A stretch of 64,000 nt of DNA from Psammoneis japonica. Lineage: Eukaryota. Each line of letters opens with the position of its first letter. The first letter of the stretch is position 1. The position numbers and the translations under genes were made by a program. Below, one piece after another: positions 12,894-25,611 of this stretch. Below the pieces are notes generated by a model. That model saw only the letters and a program-made list of their open reading frames with translations. It did not search any database and was not told where the DNA came from. Location: assembly GCA_008632985.1 (NCBI GenBank), contig QPGO01000035.1, positions 111,899-175,898 of the forward strand, written 5' to 3'.

Positions 12894-13263
12894 CAGTGTT
12901 AACTAATTGTTAGGATCGATTGCAATCAGCCTCACTTTGATTGCAATCGCTGTTGCAAACTCGATTGCAATGACCTGATTGTCGGGAAGGAGCCGAGGTC
13001 GCAATCACAATCGACTGTTGCAATCGATTGCAATCGAAATTCGAGCTCTTTTTATAGCTAAAATAAGTAAAATAGCTCGATTTCTTCGCCTGCGGCGGGC
13101 TTTTCTCCTGCGCCCCTGCGCGGGGGGCGGGGCGATTGCAATCTGTTCGTCAGACCGCCGCCATCGCTGCGCGATTGCAATTAACCAATTGCTGTTCCAC
13201 AGCGATGCAATCGACTGATTGCAATCTGATTGCTGCAGAAAACTTTGCAATTAGTTAACCCTG
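12894..13263. mobile_element. Non-autonomous hAT-like element (MITE), 370 bp
   Basis: 16-bp TIRs CAGTGTTAACTAATTG / CAATTAGTTAACCCTG (1 mismatch); perfect 8-bp TSD TGACAACG (12886-12893, 13264-13271); many internal GATTGCAAT(C) motifs. Confidence 0.93.
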
Positions 13264-13396
13264 TGACAACGACCACCGATGAGGACAAAGGAGTTTACAC
13301 ACACATCACGGCTCAAGATCCGCCTCCTGCTTTGACTGACATCATTGTTCCTTTTTATTTCAGTGATCAGAGGGTCGAGAGCTCCAAAAATTGGCG

Positions 13397-13978
13397 ATGA
13401 TCCGTTTGCATGTGATTCTCGTGGCGGTGCTGCCAAACATTGTCGGGGCTTTTATCAACAGCATCAACCACAACGCGGTCTTGTCGAGGACGGTTGTGAA
13501 AGCAGCGGAGACAAATGACGACGAAATTCGCGGAAAGGTCGCGGTCAATGTTTTGGGAACTTCGCTCGTGTCATGCTGCAGCAACGTTGGTGGAAGTGGT
13601 ATTGGAACAGGCTTTTATAGAGATGGATACTGCTCTACAGGCGAACAAGATCTTGGAAGGCACACAGTGTGCACTCAAGTCACGGAGAAATTCCTGGCCT
13701 TTTCCAAATCTGTGGGAAACGATTTGAGCACACCTATTCCGGCGTATAGCTTTCCCGGGCTAAAAGAAGGAGACATATGGTGTCTTTGTGCGCAGCGGTG
13801 GGTTCAAGCTTATGAGGCGGGCATGGCGCCTAAACTATTCCTACAAGCAACACACGAAAAGACCTTGGACTATGTTTCGTTTGACATTCTGCGAGAGTAT
13901 GCAATAGATGCAGACGAAGCCGATGAAAAACTCGACGATCTCAATGAACTTCGTGCCAAACTTAACAAGCTCTTGTGA
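13397..13978 (+). CDS. DUF2237-family protein, probably plastid-targeted
   Basis: NVLG..L..CC...TGFYRDGYC.TG.QDLGRHTVC..FL.FSKSVGNDLSTP.P...FPGLKEGD.WCLCAQRW; signal peptide ending VGA-F. Confidence 0.9.
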   Translation: MIRLHVILVAVLPNIVGAFINSINHNAVLSRTVVKAAETNDDEIRGKVAVNVLGTSLVSCCSNVGGSGIGTGFYRDGYCSTGEQDLGRHTVCTQVTEKFLAFSKSVGNDLSTPIPAYSFPGLKEGDIWCLCAQRWVQAYEAGMAPKLFLQATHEKTLDYVSFDILREYAIDADEADEKLDDLNELRAKLNKLL

Positions 13979-14104
13979 ACCTCTAGAGGATAGGTCTCGT
14001 CAGGACCAAGTGTTCGTAGACACGTTTTTGTTTGTAGCACGCCTGTAGTTGTAAGCATGAGGACTTTTGAGCTCTTCTTCTTATTGCCTCCCAACCGTCA
14101 CACA

Positions 14105-15392
14105 TTATGTTTCAGCCTTCCTCTTCTTTCCAATGTGATCACCATCTCCGTTGTTTCCTTCCCACTCGCCACGAGCAGCTGCTGCGGCGATTTCCAGCTC
14201 TGACACGTAGAGTTTGCTCATTTCTTCTATTTGTAAACTTCCCTTACCCTTGCAAAGGTCCAACAGTGGTAGTTGAAGTGCCTGACTCCAGCTAAAGCTT
14301 TAGCGATGGATGAAAAAGACATTATTATTCACAAGACAATCCAGTCTATCCAAAAGTACAGAGCAATAACCAAGAACGTACCTAAGGTTCCAAGGGCCCT
14401 TTCCTTTGACTCGGTTGATGGCGCTCAAGCGAGCTGAGGCCTGTTCCAGGGTCTGTCCACCGGAAGGTAATTGGCACCTTTCATAGCAACAGGGAAACTC
14501 TGTTCCAACACAAAAATGTTTGCTTGCGCAATCTCTTCGACCGTATAGCTTACGGGACAGTCTCTCCCTGGGTTTACAATGTTTGGTTTGAGCGTAGCAC
14601 CTTCCATGTATACACCGTGATCAATCATGGATTTGAATAGCTCCGACTGTACTCGGATGTTTACCGCAATCGCTTCATCCAGTGTGTGAGTTCCAGAGAG
14701 ACTGATATCTGGCTCTACAATAGGCATAATGCCCTCACTCTGGCATATAAGAGCATAACGTGCTAAATCGTGCATGTTGGCCTGGATGGCAAGGTCCGTT
14801 GGGCAACCCTTGTATGTGTCAATCACCAAGGGAGACCGCCACTTTGCAAAACGAGCACCAGCTGCATAATATTCCTTGCATCGAACAGCAAGTGAATCAA
14901 GGCCCTGCATTACCGTATCACCGTTTGTTCCAGGAAGAGTGTAAACCTTGAGATGGGGTTTGACGCCAGGGACGATACCACGGTCTGTCATCACCTCAGG
15001 AAAGGGTTTGCCGTTGGTTGACGATTTCTGTGTAATTCAAGAAATCCAGTTCAAAATAGAGCTGTCAGCGTTTGTGGTTGTGGAACGTATTGAGTTCATC
15101 AAGTTTCGTTCCGTACCTGGTACAGAGTTTCTGGGTCCAAAATTGCAGCACTCAAATACTTTTCATTTCCTTTTGCTTCAAAAAGCATTTGGCGATATTG
15201 TCTCCTATTTTCTTCCGTGTTCTCGATACCCACTCGTTCGAAACGACTCCCAATCGTGACTGCACTCTCGTCACAAGCAGTGATACCCTTTCCAGCGGTT
15301 GTAACTTTGGCAGCAGTCTCGGCGAGTGCTTTCTTCTGTTCGGCTGTGAGGAAGCTCCCTCCAAACGAGAATTTGCGTTGGCGAGTTTCCAT
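14105..15392 (-). CDS. FBA: Fructose-bisphosphate aldolase class I; introns ~15029-15117 and ~14299-14381; apparent frameshifts
   Basis: GKGITACDES, ENTEENRRQYRQML, QGLDSLAVRCKEYYAAGARFAKWR, LARYALICQSEGIMPIVEPDI, LKPNIV and PWNLS|FSWSQALQ motifs. Confidence 0.93.
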
Positions 15393-15990
15393 TGTTTTAC
15401 AACAGGACGTGTACTAAGAATATATCGATGACAAATGCCGTGCTGATAGAGTGCTACGAGCAGTAAAAAGAGAAAATGAACAAAAAGTGAGCACAATTTC
15501 GCGTAAGATACTCACTAGGTTGCCAAGATCCCGATAGCTATTTTCCAAAACACCCTTTCGTCAGAAAATTTGGCTAAAACTGTTCGCAACAAACAGTTCT
15601 CACTTCAATCCATACACCTATGTCTCTTTACTGTGCACAACTACAACACGTGAGACTTGCTTGTTGAAGACAAGCCAAGGGAAACAACCAACCAACATCC
15701 AACGATGGTGCCATCATGGCGGGAATTCCTGCGCCACATTTTGAGGTCGCGCGTTTTTCGCGCGTGGTCACGAAACCAAAAGGAATCCGGAATTCCACTT
15801 TCTACTTTTTCATCCTCTCTCGCCTCCATCCAAGCCATTCCGAAAATTTGGCATCAAACGGCAAGCCCATGTCATTTCCTCGAACATCGCCGACGGTCTG
15901 AGACGTGTTGCATAATAACTAAGAGCAAGTGATTCATACAAGTGCATATTCTCTCATTACGAGACATAGTTTAACGAAAGTGGATTGATT

Positions 15991-16892
15991 ATGGCGACGC
16001 GTTGTGCCTTTGAAAATTCCAACGAAATCGGTGTGTTCTCCGCCTTGACAAATTCCTACTGTTTGACTGGTAAGTCTCGACACCGCGTTTGGACGTGCCT
16101 GTTCCCCATACATGAAACTGGAAAAGTTGACATCTACGACGTTCCTATATATCGCTGCATGTGATATTTGGAGTTTTTTTCTCATCTGTTGAAAAAATCC
16201 TTTTCTTTCTCGGTGTTTTAGGCATTGGCGGTTCCGAGAACTTTTACTCTGTGTTTGAATCCGAGCTTTCCGAACACATTCCTGTCGTACACGCCACCAT
16301 TGCGGGTTGCCGCTTTGTAGGACGTACCACGGTTGGAAATCGCCGCGGCCTTTTGGTCCCCAACACAACGACGGATATTGAACTCCAACATTTGCGCAAC
16401 ACCTTGCCAGACGCGGTGGTCATTCAGCGGATCGAAGAACGTCTCTCGGCTCTTGGAAACATTATTGCAACCAATGATCACGTGGCGTTAGTTCATCCGG
16501 ATGTTGACCGAGAGACGGAAGATATAATTTCGGATGTTTTGGGTGTAGAAGTGTTTCGACAGACGGTTGGTGGGCAAGCTCTTGTGGGGAGTTATTCAAA
16601 ATTCACAAACCAAGGCGGTATGGTGCATCCCCGAACAACTGTGGAGGACATTGAAGAGCTTAGTTCACTGTTGCAGGTACCACTTGTAGCAGGAACTGTC
16701 AATCGTGGGTCAGATGTGTTGGGTGGAGGTATGGTGGTCAATGATTGGTCTGCTTTTGTGGGGTTAGACACTACCGGAACAGAAATTTCTGTCATTGAGA
16801 GCATCTTCAAGCTTTCGGGAAGAGGACAACAGCACCAACAATCAAGCATTGTTACAAATATGAGGAGCTCTCTGATTGACCAGCTTTCATAA
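15991..16892 (+). CDS. EIF6: Eukaryotic translation initiation factor 6; intron ~16070-16221
   Basis: [42 protein letters not shown]...[10 protein letters not shown]...[12 protein letters not shown]. Confidence 0.97.
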
Positions 16893-17493
16893 CCAATAAA
16901 CGGTGTTAAGCGCGTGCACTTATAAATGTTTCAACGATTGAATGCTGGTTTTTGTGCTAAGGAGTCAAAGAGCGATTTAGAATGATCCCCAAAATCTACT
17001 GATTATGAGTAGGAAAGTTGCTTTATTCGAATTCCAAGTTATTCGGAGACAGGACGCAAAACATCTGTTGTTGAAGCTAGTTAGCAACCCTCAGTTCTAT
17101 TCCTACTCTGTTCGGGGGTGCAGTAGGTTCATTGTCCCCCCACCCACTACACAATTATGCTTGAATTGACGCAACTATTTTCAACCCGAGGCCCTCTAGA
17201 CAGAGAGGCTTGTACGAGTTTACTCTACTAGGTGTTATTGAGAAGCAGGAACCGACTGACTCACTCGACAACCAAGCTAATAAAAGCAAAGAAGGCAAAG
17301 GACTTTGCTCGTGAAAGTGGGATACAGCCCGGAAGCTACTCGTGACTCGAAAAATGCTCAGGATGGATGCCAGACCTTGCCTGCGCAGCCTTCGTACGTA
17401 GAAATCTACGTTAGTCATTACCAGAGGGTGGCGGCAAGTTCGTGCACAGCTTCTCTCACAAAAAAAGATACACGAACAACTCAACACGCAAAA

Positions 17494-18109
17494 ATGGCAA
17501 TCAAGACACAAACCAGCTCATCAGACAAAGAAACGACAGCCGCCACCATGGCCCCTATTGCCGCTACTTGCGCTCTCGGTGCAGGATGTTACTGGGGAAC
17601 CGAGAAGTACATTCATGTTGACTTTCAAAAGAAATTCCCTGGCAGCATCAAGAGTTGTGCAGTTGGTTTCATGAACCCCGACCCAAATGGCATGGAGAAT
17701 CCCAACTACCGCCAAGTTTGCTCAGGAACGACAGGACATGTGGAAGTTTTATTTGTGGAATTGAACGACCCTGACGAGCATTACGAAGAGCTTATCAAAT
17801 TCTTCTTCATGTTTCATGATCCGACAACGTTGAATCGTCAAGGAAACGATGTAGGAACACAGTATGCGTCCTACATTTTTACGGGTGATGAAAAGCAAGC
17901 CAAAATTGCAGGAAAAAGTTAAAGGCGAGCTCCAGACGCTTGTCGACAAAAAGAAGGTCAAATATAGTGGTAAAACTGTGTCGACGGCTATTGCTCCTGC
18001 GACCACCTTTTATGAAGCCCACGAAGAGCACCAGGCCTATCTTCAGAAGAACCCACTTGGATATTGCAATCATCGATTCCGTTTCAAAGAGTGGCCCGAG
18101 CTCAACTAA
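17494..18109 (+). CDS. MSRA: Peptide methionine sulfoxide reductase A (Cys form); apparent frameshift near 17915
   Basis: GAGCYWGTE, NPNYRQVCSGTTGHVEV, HDPTTLNRQGNDVGTQY and FYEAHEEHQAYL motifs. Confidence 0.95.
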
Positions 18110-18423
18110 AGAATTGCGGCTATTCAGCAATGCGGCATATTGGAAATCTATACTGTACTCAGACCCCGTATTTAGTATCCCTTTATGCTGCTTAAGATGC
18201 AACATATGTAGTGCTAGTGTCGAGACAAGGAGCAAAAAATCCACACACGGGCGAACAACAAAAGAAGCTCCTTCATTTTTCGCTCGTGTATCGATTCCTT
18301 TACCGCAGTCTCGTATTCCCCATTTCCCCACCCAAAGAATTTCATAAATGGCAAAAATTTTCTCTATCAAAAGAAGAACCCTCCAGGTCTTTCGTGTGTT
18401 GGAATCCTTCCCAACCTGCGAAC

Positions 18424-19387
18424 TCACAAACTCCGCAGCCGAAACGAATCCATCGTCACTTTTACACTTTGCTTCACAGTATCGGTCCAACCAATCCTGT
18501 AAAGATACACAGCATCGAAACAAACGAGAAGTGAAAGGATCACAAGACCATAGCTGACCGCAGGACGAATACTTTGACTTTTGCTCGCGTCCTCCTCATT
18601 GTCGTCGTGACTCATATCCTGTGGCGCATCTGGAGCCAAAGCCAATTCTTTCGAAACAAAGAACGTAGACTCTCTTCCTCCATGGATCTTGGCTTTCTCG
18701 GTGAGCCCGGGGGTTCTTCTATTATTCGTTTGTCGTCTACAAAAGGAGTGACAATGAGCTTGCCGTCCTCTCCTGAAATGAGACAGAGCGAAGTTTTCGA
18801 TACCTCCGTACCGACATAGGATATAATCATATGAGACAGATGTATTCCAAAACTTGCTGCCTTCTTTTTGAAGGCTTCATTGCGTCAAACGTTGGTTTGA
18901 TTTCCCCATCTTCGTTTTCGGCGATCTGCGAACTTTCTCCCTGGTGTCGGAGCTGCTGCGAGTCTTCCAATGTAATGAAGGTCAACTGATAGATGCCTAC
19001 AACATGACAAGCCTCAATGAGCGTCATCGCCTGGAATTCTTCTTCTGAATCTTCGAAACGTTCCCAATATTTTGTAACCAGTATTGCGCGATCGGCTCCA
19101 CGAATTGCTTTCGACAACTGTATGAGGTCGACAGTGTCAAAAATCTTGACAGTTACCCGTTTTTGTGAGAGAAGATCAGTGACATTGTTAGCATTCAAGG
19201 ATTGAGTAATTGCTGCAACTCTACTTCCAGATTTCAAGAGCGCGTGAACCATGATTGGACCTTGTGATGCGTCATCTTGAAAGACCACAGCCACTCTTTC
19301 TCGGCGACGACGACGTTTCCTTTTACTCTTTGATTCACTTGCACTATGCCTTTCCGAATCGTTGCTTTTTATCGAAGGCTCGACCAT
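18424..19387 (-). CDS. NmrA-like Rossmann-fold protein with C-terminal TM segment, paralog 1 (frameshifts)
   Basis: ALLKSGSRVAAIT..LSKAIRGADRAILVTKYWE..EEEFQAMTLIEAC; homologous to 20058-20971. Confidence 0.7.
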
Positions 19388-20057
19388 TTTTCCCTTCTTG
19401 TGTTGCTTGGAGCTTTTGGCGTTAGGGTCGTATAATTCCGATCATCGTCGCTGTTCATGGTCATCGGTTTTCTCTCACGAGTTTGTGAACACATCACGCA
19501 CAGCCGAGGTTACGAAATGACTTGATAAGGCTGGTTCGGAAAGTGGCACAACGGTCTCTTGTTTCAAATATGCTCATCTGAAGGAAAGTCTATAATTCGT
19601 TGCTCTCGCCAGCAAATGAATGCAACAAAGCGACTGAAGGAATGTATTTAGCGCTGGCCACGCTGACATGAAATGTTCTTGGCAATGAAAACAATAATTA
19701 TCTCGTAGCTTTCGCCAATATTTTTGTCACACCAACACCGCCGCACAGTACGGTACTTTCAATGACAGAAGGGAAAGCTAGTCCCAGCTCTAGTAGAGAG
19801 GGAAATCTAGCTAGCCGGAGTAGGGCTACTGTTCAAAAGGCATTGTCTTCTTCTTCTCAGCGGCTTAGAAAAGAATAATGGGCTTGACTGCTTCCAAGCT
19901 CGCATAAAAAGGCAAATGGAGGTGAAGCTAGTGTACTCGTAGTTGCTTCTCTGGGTGTTCTATTTTGACTATTCTTTTTGTTACCATAATGTGCGAGGGA
20001 TGCTCTAAAGTGGTTGTTATCTCGCATTTTCCCCAATGTGACTCTTCAATCATCAAA

Positions 20058-20971
20058 CTAGAAGAGAAAGCTATTGTTCAAAAAGGCATCTCTCCCCAGG
20101 CTCCAAGGATCGGCGAAGAAAAGAAGAAACGCGCCAAAGCCAATGCCTAGCATCCAGTGAATATCCACCTTAGACAGCTTCAGCTTCCCAACGACGCCTC
20201 CACTAGGGCTAGCGTCTTTGAGAAAACGTCCTTGAACACTGACAAGGCCTTCGTCGGAGCTCATCGAACAAACACTAGAGGTATCAGTCTCGTCACCTGA
20301 CGAAATCGTATTCGACGATGTGCCATAGAAGGGCACAAAAAAACCTTGCCGTTTTCTCCGGTGATAAGACATAACGATCTCCTAGAAATGTCTGTATCTG
20401 CGTAAGATGTGATCATATGGGTAAGGTGCACATCAAGTTGCAGGGCCCTTTTCTTCGTGTGTTCCATGCCATCAAAGGTCGGGTGTACTCTGCCTTGTGC
20501 GTCGACGACGACTTGAGAGGATAGGCCCTTATCACGGAGGAGTTTTGTGTTTTCAACGGTGTTGAAGAGACAGTTGGAAACACCCGCAACATGGCAAGAT
20601 TCGATGAGAACGATAGCTTGCTCCTCTTCTTCGGCACTCGCAAACTGCTCCCAATACTTTGTCTCGAGAACGGCACGGTCGGCACCACGAATCGCTTTGG
20701 ATAGCGCTCTATGACTAGTCGTGTCAATGATTTTGATGGTAACGTGCTTGTGTTCAAGGAGGAAGGCCTCCATTGGAGGATCCACTCGTTTCGTGATTGC
20801 AATGACTCTGCTCCCATCCGCCAAGAATGCTTTAATCATCATCCGCACCTCGGCTGCGTCACGCTGAAATACCATGGCAACTTTTTCCTGGCGTTGGCTC
20901 ATGCCTTTATCATTGTTTGAAGAACGGCGAGAAGTTTTCATTGTTGTTGAAATTGTTGTTGCATCCGTCAT
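20058..20971 (-). CDS. NmrA-like Rossmann-fold protein with C-terminal TM segment, paralog 2 (frameshift near 20345)
   Basis: AFLADGSRVIAIT..LSKAIRGADRAVLETKYWE..EEEEQAIVLIESC; tail WMLGIGFGAFLLFF. Confidence 0.7.
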
Positions 20972-21383
20972 TGTTGTGCTTTTTTGGTCGTGGAAAATGA
21001 CAGTGAGCAAAAATTGGTGCGTTGTGTCTTTCACGCCCGGAGTTGAACTTGGGAAAAAGAGCACCTGTCCAACGGCTAGTCTCTATGTAGGGTATAGGAA
21101 TAGAATATTCATGATTAAAAACGTACCATTCTTTATGTGGTATAAAGATATATTGATATATTAATAATTTGATTCATTTTTATACGGGACCCTTAATTGA
21201 AAATTATTCAGTAAAGAATAAATAATATGCGTTACAAAGCTAGTACTTCCTATAAAGTTTAGGCGCAACTGCTACGGTGGGTAGGGAATCACTTTATTTT
21301 CGTTTCTCCGGCCAATACCACAGCCAAGATTGTTTGAAGAACTCTCTACTCTAGAGTAGAGAGTAGATTGAGAGAGAGGCTTG

Positions 21384-23699
21384 CTATAATACACCTCCTG
21401 TACTAAAGTCAATCCGGGCACCCATGGCTTGTGCACCATTGTCATCCGCCACGTAAAGCCACAGAGCGGACAAAATAGCAACAGACGCTGCAACCAAGAA
21501 GGAAAACTTAAAGATCCGCAAGGGGAGTCCCACAAACACAAACCACACAAACGAAAATATCGACGTCAAAAACAAGCCAACCATGACTGACATGATATCC
21601 GACGGAGCTTCTTCCTCCTCTCCTGGTTTTTGTTGCGGCTTTTCTACTGCAAAATCCCTTTCCTTCTCTGTCGCAGCACTCGGCAAGTCTTCTGTACTGA
21701 CACAGGCATCGACTGTCTCCGGCCGCGATTGCATCTCCATCGACGTTGGGCTTTGAGTTGGTTGCGGCTCCTGTATAGGCTGGTGGATTTTGGGTGTTGC
21801 ACCGTTCAATTGCGATGCTTGTAACGCCGACGCAGTGGACACAAGCGAAGAACAGTAGGCTTCTCTCGTAGCCACAGCTTCCTCATAAATTTCATCTAAT
21901 CAGGAAAAAGATGAACATTAGGTACTTGACAACCACAAAAACCAAACACCCCGCGACAACGTACCTAACCAGTATTCCTTTTCATTCGCCTCACCATCAA
22001 TATACATGACACACCCCAACGGCTTTTCCTCTGGATCGAGAAATGTCTTCCACTCGTCCTTACCATTTCCGTGTCGCACAGTGGAAGCTCCACTCAAAAT
22101 CAGCATGCTCTTGTCGGATTGAATCCGCGCCAAAATTTCAAACAACGTCGGATCATGGGGTTTGGCACACTCTTGATAAACATCACGGGTCGTCATGCCC
22201 ACCTTGTCCCAGATCTCGTCCGTCTCGTCAAAGACACGTCGCACCGAAAAGCTGGCCAATTCCGAAGCGTACTCGTGCGGGACCGACCGGGACGCGTCTT
22301 GCAAGAGCAAATCAGTATTGTGGTTGGAGCGTCGTTTGGGATGAGGTGTAGCGACACGTCGTCGTGTCGGCTGCATAGCCAGTGGACTCATAAGTCCTGA
22401 ACCAAAGTTGCCACTGTTCGGACTCTTGGCGGGAGACAAGAAACCGACCTAAAAGAAGCCGCAAAAACAAGTCAGATTATCAATTTAGAAGTACAACATG
22501 AATCATAAGTCAAACGCAATCACACGTACCTGTCGAGGTGGTGAGCTTGTTGTCGCAGTACCCAATTGATTTCGAGCCCACGCCAGTGCCGCCTTTTCTC
22601 CCTTGTATCCGCAATTGACAGTAATGTTTGCAATCCTTCTTTTCCTTTTCAAGCTGAGCCACCTTTTGGAGCGCTTCTGTTTTGGCAGCCGTGGCGAGTT
22701 TTAATTCTGAAGTCAGCCTCAAGGCGCTGGATTTGGGAGAATTGGTTTCCTTTTTTTCTTCTGGGGGTGTATCCACATGCGTTGCCGGTGATGTTGTTGC
22801 TTCCGGAGTCTCATAGCTGGGCATTGATGAAGGAAAGGGACTCTTGAATGGTTCAACGACCGGTTTCTCCTCAACGAGAGCAGGTTCCTCCTCCACTTTT
22901 GGTGTAGCTGGAAAGGGACTCCTAAAGGGTACATCCTTCTCTGGCTCTTCTGCAGACTTACGCATGTCGACGTTTGAGAATCCGTTCGTAGATGTCTTGC
23001 TTTCAGGAGCAGGAAGACTCGTCTCCACAGTGGGAGGCGATTGTCGTGGTGGCGCTGCTGCTTTTCCGTTTGTATGGCTCAACACTACAGGAGCCGGTCG
23101 TTCCACGGTTGTCGATCTTTCCTTTCTGGGATAATATGGAGTGGGTGGAGGCCGGCTGTTTCTCGTTCGATCAGTAGTTCGCTTTTCTGTATGCTTCTCA
23201 TGACTGTTATTTTCAATGGCGGAGGTGGTGGCCTCATGGGCGGAGCACTCTTGGCTCGTGACGATGCCGTTGGAGCGAGAAAGCCGGGCGACGATTCGGG
23301 TGTTGGGCTACCGGTATGATTCAGAGGAAACTCAAGCGTACGAGCGGCGGCCGGAACGGGGGAATTGGCCAGTTTGGGAGCATTCGGAAACAAATCGGAA
23401 CGACGAACCCGTGCTACGCCTCGTGTTGGCGCAGGTTCTTCTCGTACTGCTCTTGGTCTTGAAGCTGCTTTTGGTGCAGCTGCTTTCGGTGCCGCTTGCG
23501 GTCCCAACTGACTCCGAGCCATGGCCAACACGTTGTTGTTGGGCGCACGTTCTTGTTGCAACCGCTGGATCTCGGCACGTCGACGGGCAATGGCTTCTTG
23601 CGTTGCATTGGAAATATGATCGTAAGCGGGAGCAGCAGCACGGTGCTTCTTATTAGGTGGCGGCTGACGGGCCGGGGACGGTAACGTCGTCGACATCAT
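21384..23699 (-). CDS. Multi-exon hypothetical protein; Pro/Ala-rich and coiled-coil N-terminal part, C-terminal membrane segments
   Basis: Consecutive minus-strand ORFs 23085-23819, 22510-23106, 21918-22439 and 21384-21875 with GT-AG intron-like gaps. Confidence 0.7.
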
Positions 23700-24203
23700 G
23701 GTCGATTTTGCTGTATGACCGTGCCTCCAGAGATTTTGAGTGTTTGCGCTCTGTAGAATGTACGGCGAAAAGTGTACCAGGGCGCATGCTGTACTGCACT
23801 GACGGCCCGGTTGATTCAAATGACTGGATTCCGTTTGTTTTGAATTGAGCGGGCGGCAGACAGAACACTTTGTCGGCCTTACGGTGCGGGCCGGCAGTAT
23901 TCTACCCTCTTCGTAGTCTAGCTCTCTCTCTCTTACAGAGAGAGAGAGTGGCTACTCTTTCTACTTTAGAGAGTAGATCTCATGAGGAGTCGATAGGCTA
24001 GATTTGCAGAACTATGGTATAGCTGGAGATGTCGTGCGGGCGGAGAGAGACGAATGTGGAAGTACCATCCAATATAAAGGGGCTTCACTCCCTGCAGAAT
24101 CTGCTTTAAGTCGACAAGTCCGCAAACTGAAAGTAATCAGAGCAATTGGAACTCACAAGTCTTAAAGAGGTATCCTTACTAACTGTATTCAACGCTCCCA
24201 TAT

Positions 24204-25286
24204 CTAGTACCTATAGCAAATCAACGTCTCCCACACCTCATCCAAGTATTTTTCCGCCACAATGTCTCTATCCAAAGTACCACCGCAGCTCCCAAATCCA
24301 GTCAAGACATATTCCTTCCCTCCAAGGTCCTCCACAATCCTTCCATGGTCCTTTTCTTTGCACAAAATGATTCGGCTCCGCATCTTTTTACTGATGAAAG
24401 GTTTCATGATACCCATGAGTACTTTTGCCCACTTTGGGGCTCCAATCATGTGCATGGCTTGCATTCGAATAGGGAGAATACCAATTGTGAGACGGTCAAG
24501 GGCAAGCCCTAGCTTGATTGGAAACAAGTGCAAAAATTCCAAAAATCCTGTGGCTGCAAAATCCATTTCAAACAAAATACCGTTCTTCTGTGCCTTTTCG
24601 TCAAACATGATCAAATGCGACAACCACACAAACAGACGCAGACTATCTTGCGGAGGAATGTTACGGCATTCACCAAGGTCCATTCGAGCCATGGGCCACC
24701 ACCACACCAGTCTGTCGTGAGCATCATGTGAAATCACAGTTTTCCACTTGTCGTGAGTCTCGCGCACACTCTCGGCCGTCAGCGGACCGGGTGTGACAAG
24801 ATCGTCCCCCGTTTCCTCCATCCACTCGGCATAGGATTCGAAACGTCGAAATGCCTTGGATACATTGAACCTCATTGTTTGATTTGTTTTTTTGCTTTTC
24901 GAGTCGCTCGTACTGGAAACCTTTGCCCAACGAACAAATGCCAACAGCACATCGTCCAACGTCTTGTCAAATTCTCGCCACGGCACTGTACGGAATTTCC
25001 ACTTTTTCCCCTTGTCACCAGCCTTTTCCGTTGACAGTGTCACCATGTACTTTAGGCTTTCCACCGCTTCTTGTTCCGTGTCATAATGCAAATCGTTCTT
25101 CTTGTCTTTACCCTCCGACATGCGAATTGTTTCCAATTCCGTTTGCATGGCATTGTGCAGCACGCGATCGCTTTGATCGTCCAGCGCTGCTTGCGCTGCT
25201 TTGAGCATTTCAGTGGCATTCTTTGGATCTTCTCTCGTTAGCGCTGGAGAAGTAGCGGCAGCAGCGGAACTATTTTCGGATGCCAT
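24204..25286 (-). CDS. CRAL-TRIO/Sec14-like lipid-binding domain protein
   Basis: AQKNGILFEMDF..GFLEF...LPIRMQAMHMIGAPKWAKVLMGIMKPFISKKMRSRI..GGTL. Confidence 0.85.
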   Translation of the reverse strand: MASENSSAAAATSPALTREDPKNATEMLKAAQAALDDQSDRVLHNAMQTELETIRMSEGKDKKNDLHYDTEQEAVESLKYMVTLSTEKAGDKGKKWKFRTVPWREFDKTLDDVLLAFVRWAKVSSTSDSKSKKTNQTMRFNVSKAFRRFESYAEWMEETGDDLVTPGPLTAESVRETHDKWKTVISHDAHDRLVWWWPMARMDLGECRNIPPQDSLRLFVWLSHLIMFDEKAQKNGILFEMDFAATGFLEFLHLFPIKLGLALDRLTIGILPIRMQAMHMIGAPKWAKVLMGIMKPFISKKMRSRIILCKEKDHGRIVEDLGGKEYVLTGFGSCGGTLDRDIVAEKYLDEVWETLICYRY

Positions 25287-25611
25287 TGTTAGTTATCGGC
25301 GATGCATTTTTAATTTTGTGTTGACGTCGGACGTGAGATAGATCGGGATGATGATGATTCGTGATTGATTCGTGCGACTGCGCGTGACTGAAATGAAGGT
25401 CCGGTATTTACATTATTTTTTATTCGTGTGTGAAGAAACATCTTTTGATATACAGTATGTACAGTACAAAGCCGCGTAGAATCCACGTCGTGATTCGCAG
25501 TTGTTCCCAAAAGCGGGCGATGACATGATGTTGACATCAACACAATCAAACTGAAAACGCAACAAGCCAAGCAAGTAATACAACGACGACTTTCCCAACC
25601 ATCTTTTCGAA

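Noticed and set aside
12917..13250. GATTGCAAT array as a CRISPR-like or iteron array
   Set aside because: Irregular spacing, and it lies within a TIR/TSD-bounded MITE in eukaryotic DNA
17575..17605. MsrA as a selenoprotein
   Set aside because: The active-site codon is TGT (GCYWG), not TGA
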